Below, in pieces: positions 9,849-20,744 of a stretch of DNA of 64,000 nt. The notes beneath the pieces were generated by a model that saw nothing but the letters and a program-made list of their open reading frames with translations, was not told where the DNA came from and ran no database searches. The stretch's first letter is position 1, and every line of letters starts with the position of its first letter. The position numbers and the translations under genes are program-made. Location of the stretch: positions 62,001 to 126,000 of IMG/VR virus record IMGVR_UViG_3300048591_000147; one strand, given 5' to 3'.

Positions 9849-12212
9849 ATGCTTCTGAATACAAATCACTTTGATGGTGCCATCTCCAACATTGGAGTCC
9901 AGAAGAATTTTGGATTCGCCAGTAATGGAAAGGCTTTCCGAACCTTGTTCGATACCCTGTATCAGGATAAGATTGGTTCCATCGTCCGCGAAGTCGGTTG
10001 TAATGCGTATGATGCGCATGTGTTCGCTGGCAAGAGTGATATTCCTTTCGAAATCCATTTGCCGTCCATGATGGAACCTTTCTTCTCTGTGAAGGATTAT
10101 GGTATTGGCATGGATGAAGAAACGATTGGTGAAGTCTTCACCATTATGTTTGCTTCTACCAAAGATAAGACCAATATTGGTGTCGGTGGTTTCGGTCTGG
10201 GCAGTAAGACTCCATTTGCTTATACTGATAACTTCACTGTTATCTCTACCAAGGATGGACTGCGTTCCACCTATACGATGTATATCACCCAAGACGGTAC
10301 TCCGGGTTATGTCAAACTGTCCGATGACCATACGTCTGATTGCAATGGCGTGGAAATCGTCATGCCAGTTAATGACTTGAAGGATCGCCGTGCATTCTCT
10401 GAAGCTATTGTCAACCAGTTGCACTTCTTTCCCGTGCGTCCAGAAATCAAGGGTGGCGATTATGGTCTTACTTGGATGGTGGAACCCGCTGACAGTAAGG
10501 CTAGCTTGATCCATAATAATATCAAGTTCTTCAATGATAATAATCTGGACTCTCAGGACCGCCATGGTTGCTTTGCGGTTGTTGGTCCGGTTGGTTATGA
10601 ATTGAATTTCAGGATTTTGTCTGAACGTCTTCCGCACCATGAAAAACTGCTTAACTGGATGGATGACCAGAATATCCGCATTTTCTTTGATATTGGCGAA
10701 GTGTCGGTTACTCCGTCCCGTGAAACTCTGTCATATGATCCGATGACGATTGCCGCATTTGATAATCGGTTCAATGGTCTTATCGATGAACTGACCAAGC
10801 AATATCGCGAAGATTTTAATGCATGTGCCTCACTGGCTGAGAAAGCCATTTTCATGGCACAGAATAATTCGTGGTCGCGTAAACTGGTTGAGAAATCATT
10901 TTTTGATGTGTTCAATAAGAGCATTTTCAAGCGTGATTATAGTGGCGCATATAACATTATTAGTGGCGAGCATATTGAATCGTTGATCGGTCATACTGGC
11001 GGTTGGAGTAACGTAAATTTCACCGCACTACAAGGTTTGACGGTATCAAAGAAAGCGTCTCGCAATGGTAGTCGAGAATTCAAGTTTCTGCGAACTGATC
11101 TGAACTTTTGTATCGTTGACGTAACGCGATTGGCTGACCGTCGTGCGATAACTGCTGGCACTTGTATGAATGCCGCAGAAACGTATGCAGTGCACATTAA
11201 CCGCCAGAGTTTGGATGATGCCGCATTCAACGCACTGGTAGCCAAGACAAAGGACTTGTTGGAGTCCTACGGGTTCACGGTACACCTGTTGTCCAAGTAT
11301 GCGCCAGCGAAGGTAGATCGTGATTATGGTGTGATCAAGACGCATGGCTATCGTATTAATGAATATGCCACGTTTAATAATGTCACTACCGCATTGTCTG
11401 GTTCAAGTGCATGGACGAAACTGGTAGCCAAGTCTGAGATTGAACCGGGTTTCTATGTTCAGTCCCATTATGGCAATATCCAAGATGCTGACGCTGCGAA
11501 AATCTGCAAGCTGTTGCAGTTGAAGGCATTCAAGATGCTGCCAGCGGAAATGATGGACGTGGATGTTTTTGCAATGCCTATTAAGGCTTGTGAGAAATTG
11601 CAGGCGGATGATGGTTGGATCAATCTGGCCGAATACATTGATAAGGTGGCGGATGTTAATGTCGCTGAACTCTGCTATGACGTATGGGTAGCAGAAACCC
11701 TTAAAGGTGTTATTGGTAGTATGGATACTGCATCGAAGCACACCTTGCAGATTTTCGATAAGATCCTCCCATTGCGCGCATTGTTTTCGGAATTGCGTTC
11801 GATTATGTTGGATAATGAGATTATGCTGAGCGGTTATGATCCTGATACTCTGCGGGTTATGATTAGCCTGAAGCCTCATGATTATGTTATCGCTGGTAAT
11901 AATATCCGTAATATGATTCAGCGTTATGTGATTGAAGTATTCAAGAAGTTTCCGCTGTTGCCTACGCATGATATCTTCTGCTACTCATATATGAATGCGG
12001 ATGTGAACCTCATTGCAGAGTATATGGAATATATCACCTACTTCGCTAATACCTATCCAGAACGGATGAATCATACGCCATTTGATGTGAATTCCATTAT
12101 GAGTAAATTCCCCAAGCTACCAGTGGTGAAAGTGATTCCAGTAACGGATATCGAAGATGAATTAGTGGCAGAAGCATTAGAAGAAATCGAAGAAGAAGTT
12201 GTTGACAGGTAA
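9849..12212 (+). CDS. rIIA: rIIA-like protein with N-terminal GHKL ATPase domain
   Basis: LYQDKIGSIVREVGCNAYDAH, DYGIGM and GGFGLGSKTPFAY motifs; 787 aa; directly upstream of rIIB. Confidence 0.9.
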   Translation: MLLNTNHFDGAISNIGVQKNFGFASNGKAFRTLFDTLYQDKIGSIVREVGCNAYDAHVFAGKSDIPFEIHLPSMMEPFFSVKDYGIGMDEETIGEVFTIMFASTKDKTNIGVGGFGLGSKTPFAYTDNFTVISTKDGLRSTYTMYITQDGTPGYVKLSDDHTSDCNGVEIVMPVNDLKDRRAFSEAIVNQLHFFPVRPEIKGGDYGLTWMVEPADSKASLIHNNIKFFNDNNLDSQDRHGCFAVVGPVGYELNFRILSERLPHHEKLLNWMDDQNIRIFFDIGEVSVTPSRETLSYDPMTIAAFDNRFNGLIDELTKQYREDFNACASLAEKAIFMAQNNSWSRKLVEKSFFDVFNKSIFKRDYSGAYNIISGEHIESLIGHTGGWSNVNFTALQGLTVSKKASRNGSREFKFLRTDLNFCIVDVTRLADRRAITAGTCMNAAETYAVHINRQSLDDAAFNALVAKTKDLLESYGFTVHLLSKYAPAKVDRDYGVIKTHGYRINEYATFNNVTTALSGSSAWTKLVAKSEIEPGFYVQSHYGNIQDADAAKICKLLQLKAFKMLPAEMMDVDVFAMPIKACEKLQADDGWINLAEYIDKVADVNVAELCYDVWVAETLKGVIGSMDTASKHTLQIFDKILPLRALFSELRSIMLDNEIMLSGYDPDTLRVMISLKPHDYVIAGNNIRNMIQRYVIEVFKKFPLLPTHDIFCYSYMNADVNLIAEYMEYITYFANTYPERMNHTPFDVNSIMSKFPKLPVVKVIPVTDIEDELVAEALEEIEEEVVDR

Positions 12213-12269
12213 GATCACTTGATGTACCATAGCTACACATTAAACAAAACCCCAGTCAGGAGAAACAAA

Positions 12270-13307
12270 ATGCCAGTTCCGTTTATTTTCACCCCTACCG
12301 CGATCACCGTCGTTGTCAATGGTCGCACGCAAGTTGTACCTGCAAGCTCGCATAACTTTGATGATCTCAAGGTAGCATTGCGTAAGAATGCAGATGAAGA
12401 TACGATCAAGAAGATTCTTAATATCAAAGCGTATATTGCACAGTTGTCTGAAGGTCGTGCAGATATCGTTGATGGTCGCCTGTACTTTGATGGTGCACCA
12501 TTGGCTGGCGTGCTTGCTGAACGTGTGCAGCAGATGTTCGCTGAAGGTCTGGGAGTTCTCCCGCTGTTGCGCTTCCTGAATCGTGTCCAGCTTAATCCGC
12601 GCAAGGATATTGCGGTAGAATTGTACGAATTCTTGGAATCGGGTAACCTTCCTATTACGGAAGATGGTTTCATCCTTGCATACAAGATGGTGCGCCCGAA
12701 TTTCTTTGACGTCCACAGTGGCACCATGGATAATAGTCCGGGCAAGGTTGTCAGTCTGCCGTCTTATGAGGCTGTTGACGCCAATCGTTATAATGATTGC
12801 TCGGTCGGTCTTCACTTCTGTTCGCTGGCGTATATCGAAGCTGGTCTGGCACGATTCGTTGAACCGGGTAACCGTCTGGTACAGCTTCTGATCGATCCCG
12901 CTGATATTGTTGCAATCCCAACGGATTACAACCGCTCCAAGGGTCGTGCATGGAAGTACACTGTAATCCGCGAACTGGATTGGAATGATCGAATCAAGGC
13001 AAACTTTGCATCGAATGCTCATCTCAATGGTGAAGATGAACCAGAGCTTGACGAGGATGAAGAGATTGAAGATGTAGAGCTTGACGAAATCGAAGATTCT
13101 GATGATAATGATTCTCCAGTAGAGAACAAGGCGCCAGCAGGATCGAAGCTTGATGAAGATGATGTACGCGAAATCCTGAAGCTGTTGGATGATGGTACAA
13201 GCACTCTGACCGCGATTGGTAAGCTGTACGATATCAGTCCACGTCAGGTAGCCCGAATCCGCGATGGTGAAGCTTGGGGTTGGGTTTCGGATGCCTACTA
13301 CAGCTAA
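12270..13307 (+). CDS. rIIB: rIIB-like protein with C-terminal HTH
   Basis: LPITEDGFILAYKMVR, CSVGLHFCS, IDPADIVAIPTDYN.SKGRAWKY; AGGAG RBS at 12258. Confidence 0.9.
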   Translation: MPVPFIFTPTAITVVVNGRTQVVPASSHNFDDLKVALRKNADEDTIKKILNIKAYIAQLSEGRADIVDGRLYFDGAPLAGVLAERVQQMFAEGLGVLPLLRFLNRVQLNPRKDIAVELYEFLESGNLPITEDGFILAYKMVRPNFFDVHSGTMDNSPGKVVSLPSYEAVDANRYNDCSVGLHFCSLAYIEAGLARFVEPGNRLVQLLIDPADIVAIPTDYNRSKGRAWKYTVIRELDWNDRIKANFASNAHLNGEDEPELDEDEEIEDVELDEIEDSDDNDSPVENKAPAGSKLDEDDVREILKLLDDGTSTLTAIGKLYDISPRQVARIRDGEAWGWVSDAYYS

Positions 13308-13341
13308 TACGTAACAAAGAATGGGAGGGGAAACCCTCCCA

Positions 13342-13389
13342 TTCATTTTATGTTCAGTATGGGAATGATAAAATGGGAGCGTGGTCGGA
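13342..13389 (+). repeat. dispersed element copy after the rIIB terminator
   Basis: ttcat-N6-ttcag-N11-taaaat-gggagcgtggtcgga; terminator hairpin at 13322-13341. Confidence 0.8.
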
Positions 13390-13428
13390 GATCTTTGATA
13401 TATAGATGTATACCTCGGAGATTTCTAC

Positions 13429-13950
13429 ATGAAAAATTTTATTAAAGTTGTATGCGCAACAGTCTTAGCATTCGCATCATTCACAGCAGTAGCAAAACCA
13501 ATCTATTTAACACTTCCACCAGTCCCAGTTTCCACTACAACTGTAGTTCCAGCGGACGCGTCTGGATATTGGGTTTCCCACCAAGTTGCTGGTCTTAGTT
13601 TGGTTCTAGCCTCTGGTAAATATTCTGCTGGTAGTTATGGTCCAGCAACCTGTGGTAAGGTCGTAAAGGCTACTGTGTCAATTCCTCGCGTATCGCCTAC
13701 TAATGGATGGCAGTTTGCGGCAGGCCATGTATATGATCCAACTAATACTGGCATCCCTTATGGTCAAACATTTAACTTATTGACTAAAGGTGCATTAGCT
13801 GGTACGATGAGTGTTGTAGCGTATGATTCAACTAATAACTATTTAACAATTCAGTTAAATACACCTGCTGGTGGACCTTCAGGTCAGTTTGTGTTAAACC
13901 GTGATTCATTAGTACCATACACAGCATTGATCGTTCCGAATTGTCCATAA
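13429..13950 (+). CDS. secreted or periplasmic beta-rich protein
   Basis: Signal peptide MKNFIKVVCATVLAFASFTAVA; GGAG RBS. Confidence 0.7.
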   Translation: MKNFIKVVCATVLAFASFTAVAKPIYLTLPPVPVSTTTVVPADASGYWVSHQVAGLSLVLASGKYSAGSYGPATCGKVVKATVSIPRVSPTNGWQFAAGHVYDPTNTGIPYGQTFNLLTKGALAGTMSVVAYDSTNNYLTIQLNTPAGGPSGQFVLNRDSLVPYTALIVPNCP

Positions 13951-14053
13951 GTGTAAATAATAAACAGTTGTAACATTCCGAAGGGGGAGCTTGACGCTCC
14001 CCTTCTTTTTTGGTATAGTTTGTACTCACTAGACAACAGGATGTAAAAACAAA

Positions 14054-14245
14054 ATGAGCAACCTGAACAATCTTCAGGCACGTTTGGTTACACTCTCCAA
14101 GCAACTGTCGGCTGCAAGGGCTGATGCGGAAGTCAACGAAGAGTTGATGTGGGACTTGGAAGATGAGATTGCAGATATCGAAGATGAGATTGAAGGTATC
14201 ATGCAAGATGATTATAATGACAAGCACGCAGCGCAGTGGCGCTAA
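14054..14245 (+). CDS. small acidic coiled-coil protein
   Basis: Own sigma70 promoter (TTGACG-N17-TATAGT) and AGGA RBS. Confidence 0.7.
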   Translation: MSNLNNLQARLVTLSKQLSAARADAEVNEELMWDLEDEIADIEDEIEGIMQDDYNDKHAAQWR

Positions 14246-14265
14246 TTATAATTACATTTACATGT

Positions 14266-14343
14266 GGCTCCGTAGCTTAGCGATCTAAAGCGGGTAATTC
14301 TAAACTACTGTCATCCTCGGTTTGAATCCGAGCGGAGCCACCA
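14266..14343 (+). tRNA. tRNA with CUA anticodon (amber-suppressor-like)
   Basis: GGCTCCG/CGGAGCC acceptor, ACCA end, loop TT-CTA-AA, T arm CTCGG-TTTGAAT-CCGAG. Confidence 0.75.
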
Positions 14344-14918
14344 ATATTTCTTCCACAATATGTTGAAGTTTGGCTATGACAATTTGGACATAACCATCTT
14401 AAATTTTCAATGCGATGATCATTCCGAATGCCATTTATGTGATCTAAATGTAATATTAATGGGCGCCCATTCCATATTAGTTCATTTGATAATATACATG
14501 AACTAATTGAACAATGATATGGAAGTAACGAATCTCTATGAATTCTACGTTTAACAACTGGCGTGTCTACAGTTGAATTTGCTTGAAATATATAAGAGTT
14601 TGGGTAATCCTTTTGCCCTGTGCATAATCGCTTTCTATCTATTGTTAGTTTTCCAGATTTAATCGCCAATGTTATAGCAGTAGGAGATATGCCAGTGGCC
14701 AATTTTAATTCTGTGATACACAGTCCTGTATCATATATTTTTTGAACTTCCACCCAATCATAATTTTTAGTTTTTACGCCGTGCTTCTTATTTAAAGAAT
14801 TTTGCCTAGCATGATAAGCTACGGTAGATTTTGCCACCCCAAGTTTATTGCAAATTTCACTATAAGTTTTTCCATCATTAATCATATTAATAATATCATC
14901 TTTTTTATTTGTCTTCAT
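14277..14918 (-). CDS. HTH + HNH homing endonuclease
   Basis: N-terminal HTH; LHLDHINGIRNDHRIENLRWLCPNCHSQT; GATAAATA upstream at 14949-14956. Confidence 0.85.
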   Translation of the reverse strand: MKTNKKDDIINMINDGKTYSEICNKLGVAKSTVAYHARQNSLNKKHGVKTKNYDWVEVQKIYDTGLCITELKLATGISPTAITLAIKSGKLTIDRKRLCTGQKDYPNSYIFQANSTVDTPVVKRRIHRDSLLPYHCSISSCILSNELIWNGRPLILHLDHINGIRNDHRIENLRWLCPNCHSQTSTYCGRNIGGSARIQTEDDSSLELPALDR

Positions 14919-15041
14919 TTCGAACCCTTTATAAGTAATAGTCTATACTATTTATCAAAGATTCGATAAAAAGCAGATAAATCTTGACAAACAAGTTCTG
15001 ATAGGCTAGGTTTTCTGGTAATCCTGACTAGGGGCGCCATA

Positions 15042-15647
15042 ATGTTTCGTTTTCTTGTTAAAGTTCCTAATAAAGTAGGCATTGCCTTTTCGGGTGGTGT
15101 CGATTCACTAGCTGTTGCACACTTCCTGAAGAAAGGTAAAAAGGATATTACTTTATACCATTTCAATCATGGTTGTGAGTATTCCAAAGACATCGAAGAC
15201 AAGTGTAGGGAGTCAGCAGAAAAGCTATCTCTTCCCATCATTGTGAGTGGTTATGATGGTGCTCGCCTGAAGGGCCAATCTCTTGAGGATGCATGGCGTA
15301 GAGCTAGGTATCGTTTCCTTAGATCGTTCGATGAGAAAATTATCACTTGTCATCATCTTGACGATGCTGTAGAGACTTGGGTTTGGTCCAGCATGCATGG
15401 TGAAGGTAAGTTGATCCCTGTAGAATCTGGCAACATTGTTAGACCATTTCTCACCACTGAAAAGTCAACTTTTGAGAACTACAGTAAAAACAATGACTTA
15501 GAAGTTGTCGAAGATGAAATGAACAAAGATCAGCACTTGATTCGAAACTACATGCGTGTTAATCTAATGCATCACTTGTATCACATCAATCCCGGTCTTC
15601 GAACAGTTATCAGGAAAAAGTATAATGAACTTCAAAGACACAGTTAA
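15042..15647 (+). CDS. tilS: tRNA(Ile)-lysidine synthetase-like PP-loop ATPase (catalytic domain only)
   Basis: AFSGGVDS, HFNHG, R.ARY.FL, TCHHLDDAVET, RPFL and RNY.R motifs. Confidence 0.85.
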   Translation: MFRFLVKVPNKVGIAFSGGVDSLAVAHFLKKGKKDITLYHFNHGCEYSKDIEDKCRESAEKLSLPIIVSGYDGARLKGQSLEDAWRRARYRFLRSFDEKIITCHHLDDAVETWVWSSMHGEGKLIPVESGNIVRPFLTTEKSTFENYSKNNDLEVVEDEMNKDQHLIRNYMRVNLMHHLYHINPGLRTVIRKKYNELQRHS

Positions 15648-16311
15648 GCACATGATGTTTAACTACCCCTCAATTTTTCCTACTCCGTTGGCTGCATGCC
15701 GTCAACTATTCTTCACTGTTGGCAATGGGATGGAATGGGTAAAGGGTGAATTGGTTACCACCATGCGCTATCCGGGCGAGAAGAATTCCGCCACGATGTT
15801 GTATGATGATATTGATGACAATATCAAACACTATAAAGAAATGGATTATATTGTTTCAAAGCGGTACATTCTGGAAGAAGAATTGCGCAGGCTCAATCGC
15901 AAGTTCATTGAAGAACATATCGATGAATTCATTAGCGATAACTGCATGATCAATCTAACTGACCGAAGTAGCACCTGTAATGGTCATTATGAATTGAATA
16001 TTGGTGATTATGCAAAAGTCCTTTGTGTTCCCAATAATGTTAAAAAGGATTGGGGGCAAGCCGCGTTAGATGCTATCGATTGGGCATTTGTCAACCTCAA
16101 TATGGTCTATGGTGTTGCTAACCAAAAGCCGTATGATGCGCATTGGCCAGACAGTGCAAAGCAGACCCATAGCAATCTCATGAAGGCAAGAGACAAGATT
16201 AGAAATATCATGAAACTCCCCACTCAGCAGCAGTTGGACGATATTGCTGATAAAATCATCACCGAAATTTTAAACGAAGAGAAACTGGAGAAAGAAAATG
16301 CTCAAGCTTGA
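15625..16311 (+). CDS. hypothetical protein
   Basis: 228-aa ORF coupled to tilS. Confidence 0.75.
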   Translation: MNFKDTVKHMMFNYPSIFPTPLAACRQLFFTVGNGMEWVKGELVTTMRYPGEKNSATMLYDDIDDNIKHYKEMDYIVSKRYILEEELRRLNRKFIEEHIDEFISDNCMINLTDRSSTCNGHYELNIGDYAKVLCVPNNVKKDWGQAALDAIDWAFVNLNMVYGVANQKPYDAHWPDSAKQTHSNLMKARDKIRNIMKLPTQQQLDDIADKIITEILNEEKLEKENAQA

Positions 16312-16753
16312 CAGTAATGGTTACATCTATCATTTGCTACTGAATTACTCATCGCGTAATCCGTATTACATTAACAACCTATGTGATGTCATTAAAGGGC
16401 TGATGTCATCAGTAATTGTCATTTGCCTCACGATTCTACTAGCAGTAGGCGTGTCAATGGTTCTATTTACATGGGTCGTCGCATTAGCCGCATGTGGATT
16501 TTCATGGGACTTGGCAATAGATGAACCAGCGTTTAAATTCTCATTGTCAGCTTTCGCGTTTGCTGTCGTTCTGTGTTTTCTTGGATGGGTAGATATCAAG
16601 ATTGCAGCAGCACGTCGAGAACGCATCAATAAATTGTATGAACAGGGATTGCGTCCAGATGGAGGCCCATCGTTGTTTGCGGCTTGGTACGATGGTGTGA
16701 AAAATAAGTACTGTCCTCGCGTAGAATTTGTTGACAAGAGCGAAGACGTATAG
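16298..16753 (+). CDS. membrane protein
   Basis: Two hydrophobic segments; overlaps the upstream stop. Confidence 0.7.
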   Translation: MLKLDSNGYIYHLLLNYSSRNPYYINNLCDVIKGLMSSVIVICLTILLAVGVSMVLFTWVVALAACGFSWDLAIDEPAFKFSLSAFAFAVVLCFLGWVDIKIAAARRERINKLYEQGLRPDGGPSLFAAWYDGVKNKYCPRVEFVDKSEDV

Positions 16754-16788
16754 TATTATAGTTACATCAACTCAACGGAGACATCCAA

Positions 16789-17913
16789 GTGAACCAGTTC
16801 CAGCAGACTCTTTACAATGATCTCATGAAGCTTTGTGAGAACGAAGCTTTCTATTATGTAGATCAACAGGTAGATGGTAAGGTGTTCCGTGTCTTCACGT
16901 ATCGGTTGGCATCTTACACTGAGTTCCTGCTTCCGAATGCGATGGAATGCCGTGGTCACACTTTCTTGGTGGCTGGCGATGTTCCCTTGGCGCTGGTGTG
17001 CTTGCCTCCTGCAAAGTTTTTCAATGCTTATGAGAATCCATTCGTAATGGATGTGGATTTCTCCAAGTCATTGATTTATATGGATAAGAAGGATGGCTCA
17101 CTGATTTCGTCAGTGCGTGATGCTCTTTCGCAGTGGGGTTTCCGTCTGAAGTCCAAGACTTCATTCACTTCTTCTCAGGCGAAGGATGCTGAACGTTTGC
17201 TGAATAGCCATCCAGTACTTGAAAAGTTTATCCTTGATCAGACTGCATTGGATCGTACCGTGAACATGGAATATTGTTCGCCTGCGAACCGGATTGTGAT
17301 TGGTTATGCTGAACCGCACCTGACCATTCTCAATGTGCGCGATAACAAGACTGGTGAAACTTTTTACCCACATGATTTTTGGCATATTGAATCTATCCGC
17401 AAGTATTTGGTGATGTATCTAACCAATCTTGAAGTGCAGTATTCTTATGATGAAATTCTGGCGATGACTGGCATCGAAGGTTTCGTGGTTCTGTTTGATG
17501 ATGGTCGTGTATGCAAGGTGAAGACCGAAGCGTATTGCGTGCTTCACAAGACCAAGGATTCTATCAACAACCCGAAAGCATTGTTCCAAGCGTGTTTGTA
17601 TGAAACTTCTGATGACTTGCGTTCATTGTTCCACGATGATGCGCTGGCGATGATTCAGATCAACAACATGGAGACTTTGGTTCGGTTGCACTACAACCAC
17701 ATTTCTTCACAGTTGCAGAAGTTTTACATTCAGAACCACTTGCTTTCGAGAAAGGATTACGCTATCTTAGGTCAACAAACTTTCACCGATGGCACCTTCT
17801 CTCTGGCGATGAATCTCTATCTTGGAAAGGATATGGGGTTGAAAGATTGGATGATGAAGGAATACCGTCGATTTGGTATCAATGATGCCCCAGTAGTGGA
17901 ACCGGAGAACTAA
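16789..17913 (+). CDS. rnlA: RNA ligase 1 (T4 gp63-like)
   Basis: FTYRLASY, ECRG, KFFN, motif I KKDGSLI, EY..P.NRIV, EGFV and KVKT..Y; own sigma70 promoter. Confidence 0.9.
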   Translation: MNQFQQTLYNDLMKLCENEAFYYVDQQVDGKVFRVFTYRLASYTEFLLPNAMECRGHTFLVAGDVPLALVCLPPAKFFNAYENPFVMDVDFSKSLIYMDKKDGSLISSVRDALSQWGFRLKSKTSFTSSQAKDAERLLNSHPVLEKFILDQTALDRTVNMEYCSPANRIVIGYAEPHLTILNVRDNKTGETFYPHDFWHIESIRKYLVMYLTNLEVQYSYDEILAMTGIEGFVVLFDDGRVCKVKTEAYCVLHKTKDSINNPKALFQACLYETSDDLRSLFHDDALAMIQINNMETLVRLHYNHISSQLQKFYIQNHLLSRKDYAILGQQTFTDGTFSLAMNLYLGKDMGLKDWMMKEYRRFGINDAPVVEPEN

Positions 17914-18311
17914 GGTGAATCTGATTCAAAAGGCTGGCGCTGTAACCAACACGGTGACAACCATTGCGGTTCTGGTATTCGCGTTCACTAACCCCGCTGC
18001 CGCCCTGATTGGGGCGGCAGCAATAGTCGCAATCAAAGATGCTGTTAAGGATAAGAAATGAAAACCGATGATGAACTGTTCAATAATCTCTACGCCCTTT
18101 ACTATGCTGAGCATATTTTTAAGAGCCAATGCAAGATGTTTTGGCACGATCTAGGTGAAGGACGAACGCCACAAGAACTCTGCGCAAAGTTGATGGAATT
18201 GAAAACTCGTTATGACCAACAGGTATGTGACGGTCAGATGAGTAACTTGCCAAGTGAATTGGAACTTAGTTTAGTTTTCTTAAGGGATGCAGTGCGGCAA
18301 GGAAATGTCCA

Positions 18312-18779
18312 ATGAAACCCGCTATGGTACAGTATACAGGTGACTTCAAGTCTCTTATCCCATCTGGATGGAGGTTTCAGAAGCTGTATGCCAAGAACTA
18401 TAGGGCATATATGAAAGATGATATGATCATCTGGCAAGGTGGACGTGAGTTTAAAATCGATGACTATGGTGAATACACCAGTGTACTGATTAAACATATC
18501 ATGGAACATGGTTCTAAATCATTGGCGTATCATGATACGATGTTCGGTGAGAATAACGTTCGCTATTGGATAACTCTCGATAGGAAGAATCTGAAGTTAA
18601 TCCCGTATCGTTCCCCAGAATATGATGCATGCAGGCGTTCATTTTATACCGCTATCAGTGATGAGCAGATTGATGCATATTATGAGCAGTATCGGGAAGC
18701 TAATGTGTCCCAAGCTACTATAGACTTGTTGGAAGACTTCATCTATACTGGCAAACTGACCGTGAAGGAAATGAAATGA
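18312..18779 (+). CDS. hypothetical protein
   Basis: 155-aa ORF, ATGA-coupled. Confidence 0.7.
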   Translation: MKPAMVQYTGDFKSLIPSGWRFQKLYAKNYRAYMKDDMIIWQGGREFKIDDYGEYTSVLIKHIMEHGSKSLAYHDTMFGENNVRYWITLDRKNLKLIPYRSPEYDACRRSFYTAISDEQIDAYYEQYREANVSQATIDLLEDFIYTGKLTVKEMK

Positions 18780-19542
18780 GTGCTAAACTAACTGAAAATG
18801 AATGGTATGGCGTTGCACTAGCTATGCTGATCCTCGGAGTAATTTGCACGGTCTTTGGAATTTGGCTGGGGCAGATATCGTCATGCAACCTATAATCAAA
18901 TATGCCAAAATTCAAGCAGAAGACCCAAGGACAGTTCTTACTCCTGTAACACCAGAAGAGTGGGAAGATTATAGGGCTAAAGCCAATAAGTTCTTGAGTG
19001 GTATCACAAAGCATGTATACCATGACTGCAAGCGTGTTACTGCCGCAGGCATAGCAGAATACATGGCGTTCTTAGACGGAAAGAAAGTAGTAAGGGATAG
19101 CTTACCATGAGATACTTTGCAATCGCAGTGATGTGGGCAAGTGTTGCAGCCATCGCCATATTTGGTGGTCCTGATGGTGGATCAGTGGCACTGTTCCTTG
19201 GATTTTTTGCTTTCATAGCAACATGCACCGCAATGGAGAATTAAATGAAAGTTGTAGGCATCTGTATACTATGGGTGGTTATAGTGATCACAGCCTTTGT
19301 CGATCCATTATTTGGAATGGCGCTAGCATTTTGTGGTGTAATCGTAACTGAAGAGATCATGAAATCGTGAACACCAAAAGGGCAGCAGAGTTGGCGTTCA
19401 AATACAGGGATATGATGGGTGAAACTATTATTGCGCTGTATGGTCGTCCAGCATTAGATGAAGCATTTATAGCTCTTCGTGTACTACAAGAAGCTAGAGA
19501 TAATGGAGAAGCTATTGATCCAGAAATCTTGGAATTAATTCA

Positions 19543-19863
19543 ATGAGTGCATTATATTACGAATCGCATATCACAATCGAACCAGTTGATGAAGATGGTA
19601 GAGCGAAGATTGACGTAATTGTAAATTCGTGTGGATTCAGGCTGGCCAAGTTGTTGATGCAGAAAAGAGATGTTGACACACCAGAACGATCCAAGTATGA
19701 TACATTTTGCACTGGACACAGTACAGATGAGCCGAAATTGATCCTCCACATGGTTAGATGTGTCAAAGCGTTACAATCTGCTGGGTATCAAGTATGGCGC
19801 TACAAGATTGAATGTGTTACCATAGATTCTCGAAATGCAGACTCACTCAACCTACTGAGCTAG
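19543..19863 (+). CDS. phage hypothetical protein
   Basis: YYESHITIEP...GYQVWRYKIE; sits in a tightly coupled operon. Confidence 0.7.
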   Translation: MSALYYESHITIEPVDEDGRAKIDVIVNSCGFRLAKLLMQKRDVDTPERSKYDTFCTGHSTDEPKLILHMVRCVKALQSAGYQVWRYKIECVTIDSRNADSLNLLS

Positions 19864-20270
19864 TAAATGAAAACCATCCTCCAGTTATATCCGAATGAAG
19901 ACGTGTTTGGTTTCGAACACGGTGACGAGTTTGTGTACTGGGTTGCTGTCAATGACAACCAGAAAAGCATCATCACCGCAATCAACTGGTTGATGTGCTC
20001 AGAGATTGACGTACATGAGAATATCGATTATGATATCTCAAACGGTGGTATTGGCGAAGCGTTGAACGTGTTGAATCAAATTCTAACTGACCTAAACTAA
20101 GGATTAAACGAAATGGCCGAAGAACGAAAGACTGGTATGGATTACCCGGAGTACAAGACTCCGAAGAGCATCGCAATGTGCTTGCGAGTTGACGAAATTT
20201 GTCGTAAGCTCACCGAAGAGCGCATGGCAATTCAGCGTAAGTTGTTGAATCGTCACGGAAAGTTGCGCAA

Positions 20271-20744
20271 GTGAAGATACGGGTTGACCTGAACGTCTTT
20301 GTCTCTGGCGATGCGGACGATGTAGATGACTTGATCGTCAGTTCCATGACGTCTGATGACAATGATGATAATGCATGGCCAGAGTTGACCGCATTGATGC
20401 CGTCTGGTTGCTGCGAATGGCTCAATGTAATCCGCGAGGCTGGTGAACCACCTGATGAGTGGGATATTGTCGGGATGGACGATTCTGATGATGTGACTGC
20501 TGCATTGACATTATCATTTTACCTTCCGAAGATGGAGAACTGGTTGGAAGTGTACAATGCATTGGGGGATATCAGTAGAGAATATCCTCTATTGGAGATC
20601 ACCCACGAAGTGGTTATCGAAAAGTTTCAGATAGCAGAAAAGACGACCATGAAAGATGGTGTGTTAATTTCTGAAGAATCATATGAATGGGATAGTGACG
20701 AAGGCATTGCACTTCGCGAAAGTCTGGGATGTGATATCGAATGA
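20271..20744 (+). CDS. acidic hypothetical protein
   Basis: 157-aa D/E-rich ORF, coupled on both sides. Confidence 0.7.
   Translation: MKIRVDLNVFVSGDADDVDDLIVSSMTSDDNDDNAWPELTALMPSGCCEWLNVIREAGEPPDEWDIVGMDDSDDVTAALTLSFYLPKMENWLEVYNALGDISREYPLLEITHEVVIEKFQIAEKTTMKDGVLISEESYEWDSDEGIALRESLGCDIE

Noticed and set aside
9828-13346. Long minus-strand ORFs 9828..10640, 11403..11969 and 12240..13346
   Set aside because: Antisense shadows of rIIA/rIIB codon bias, with no RBS or recognisable motifs
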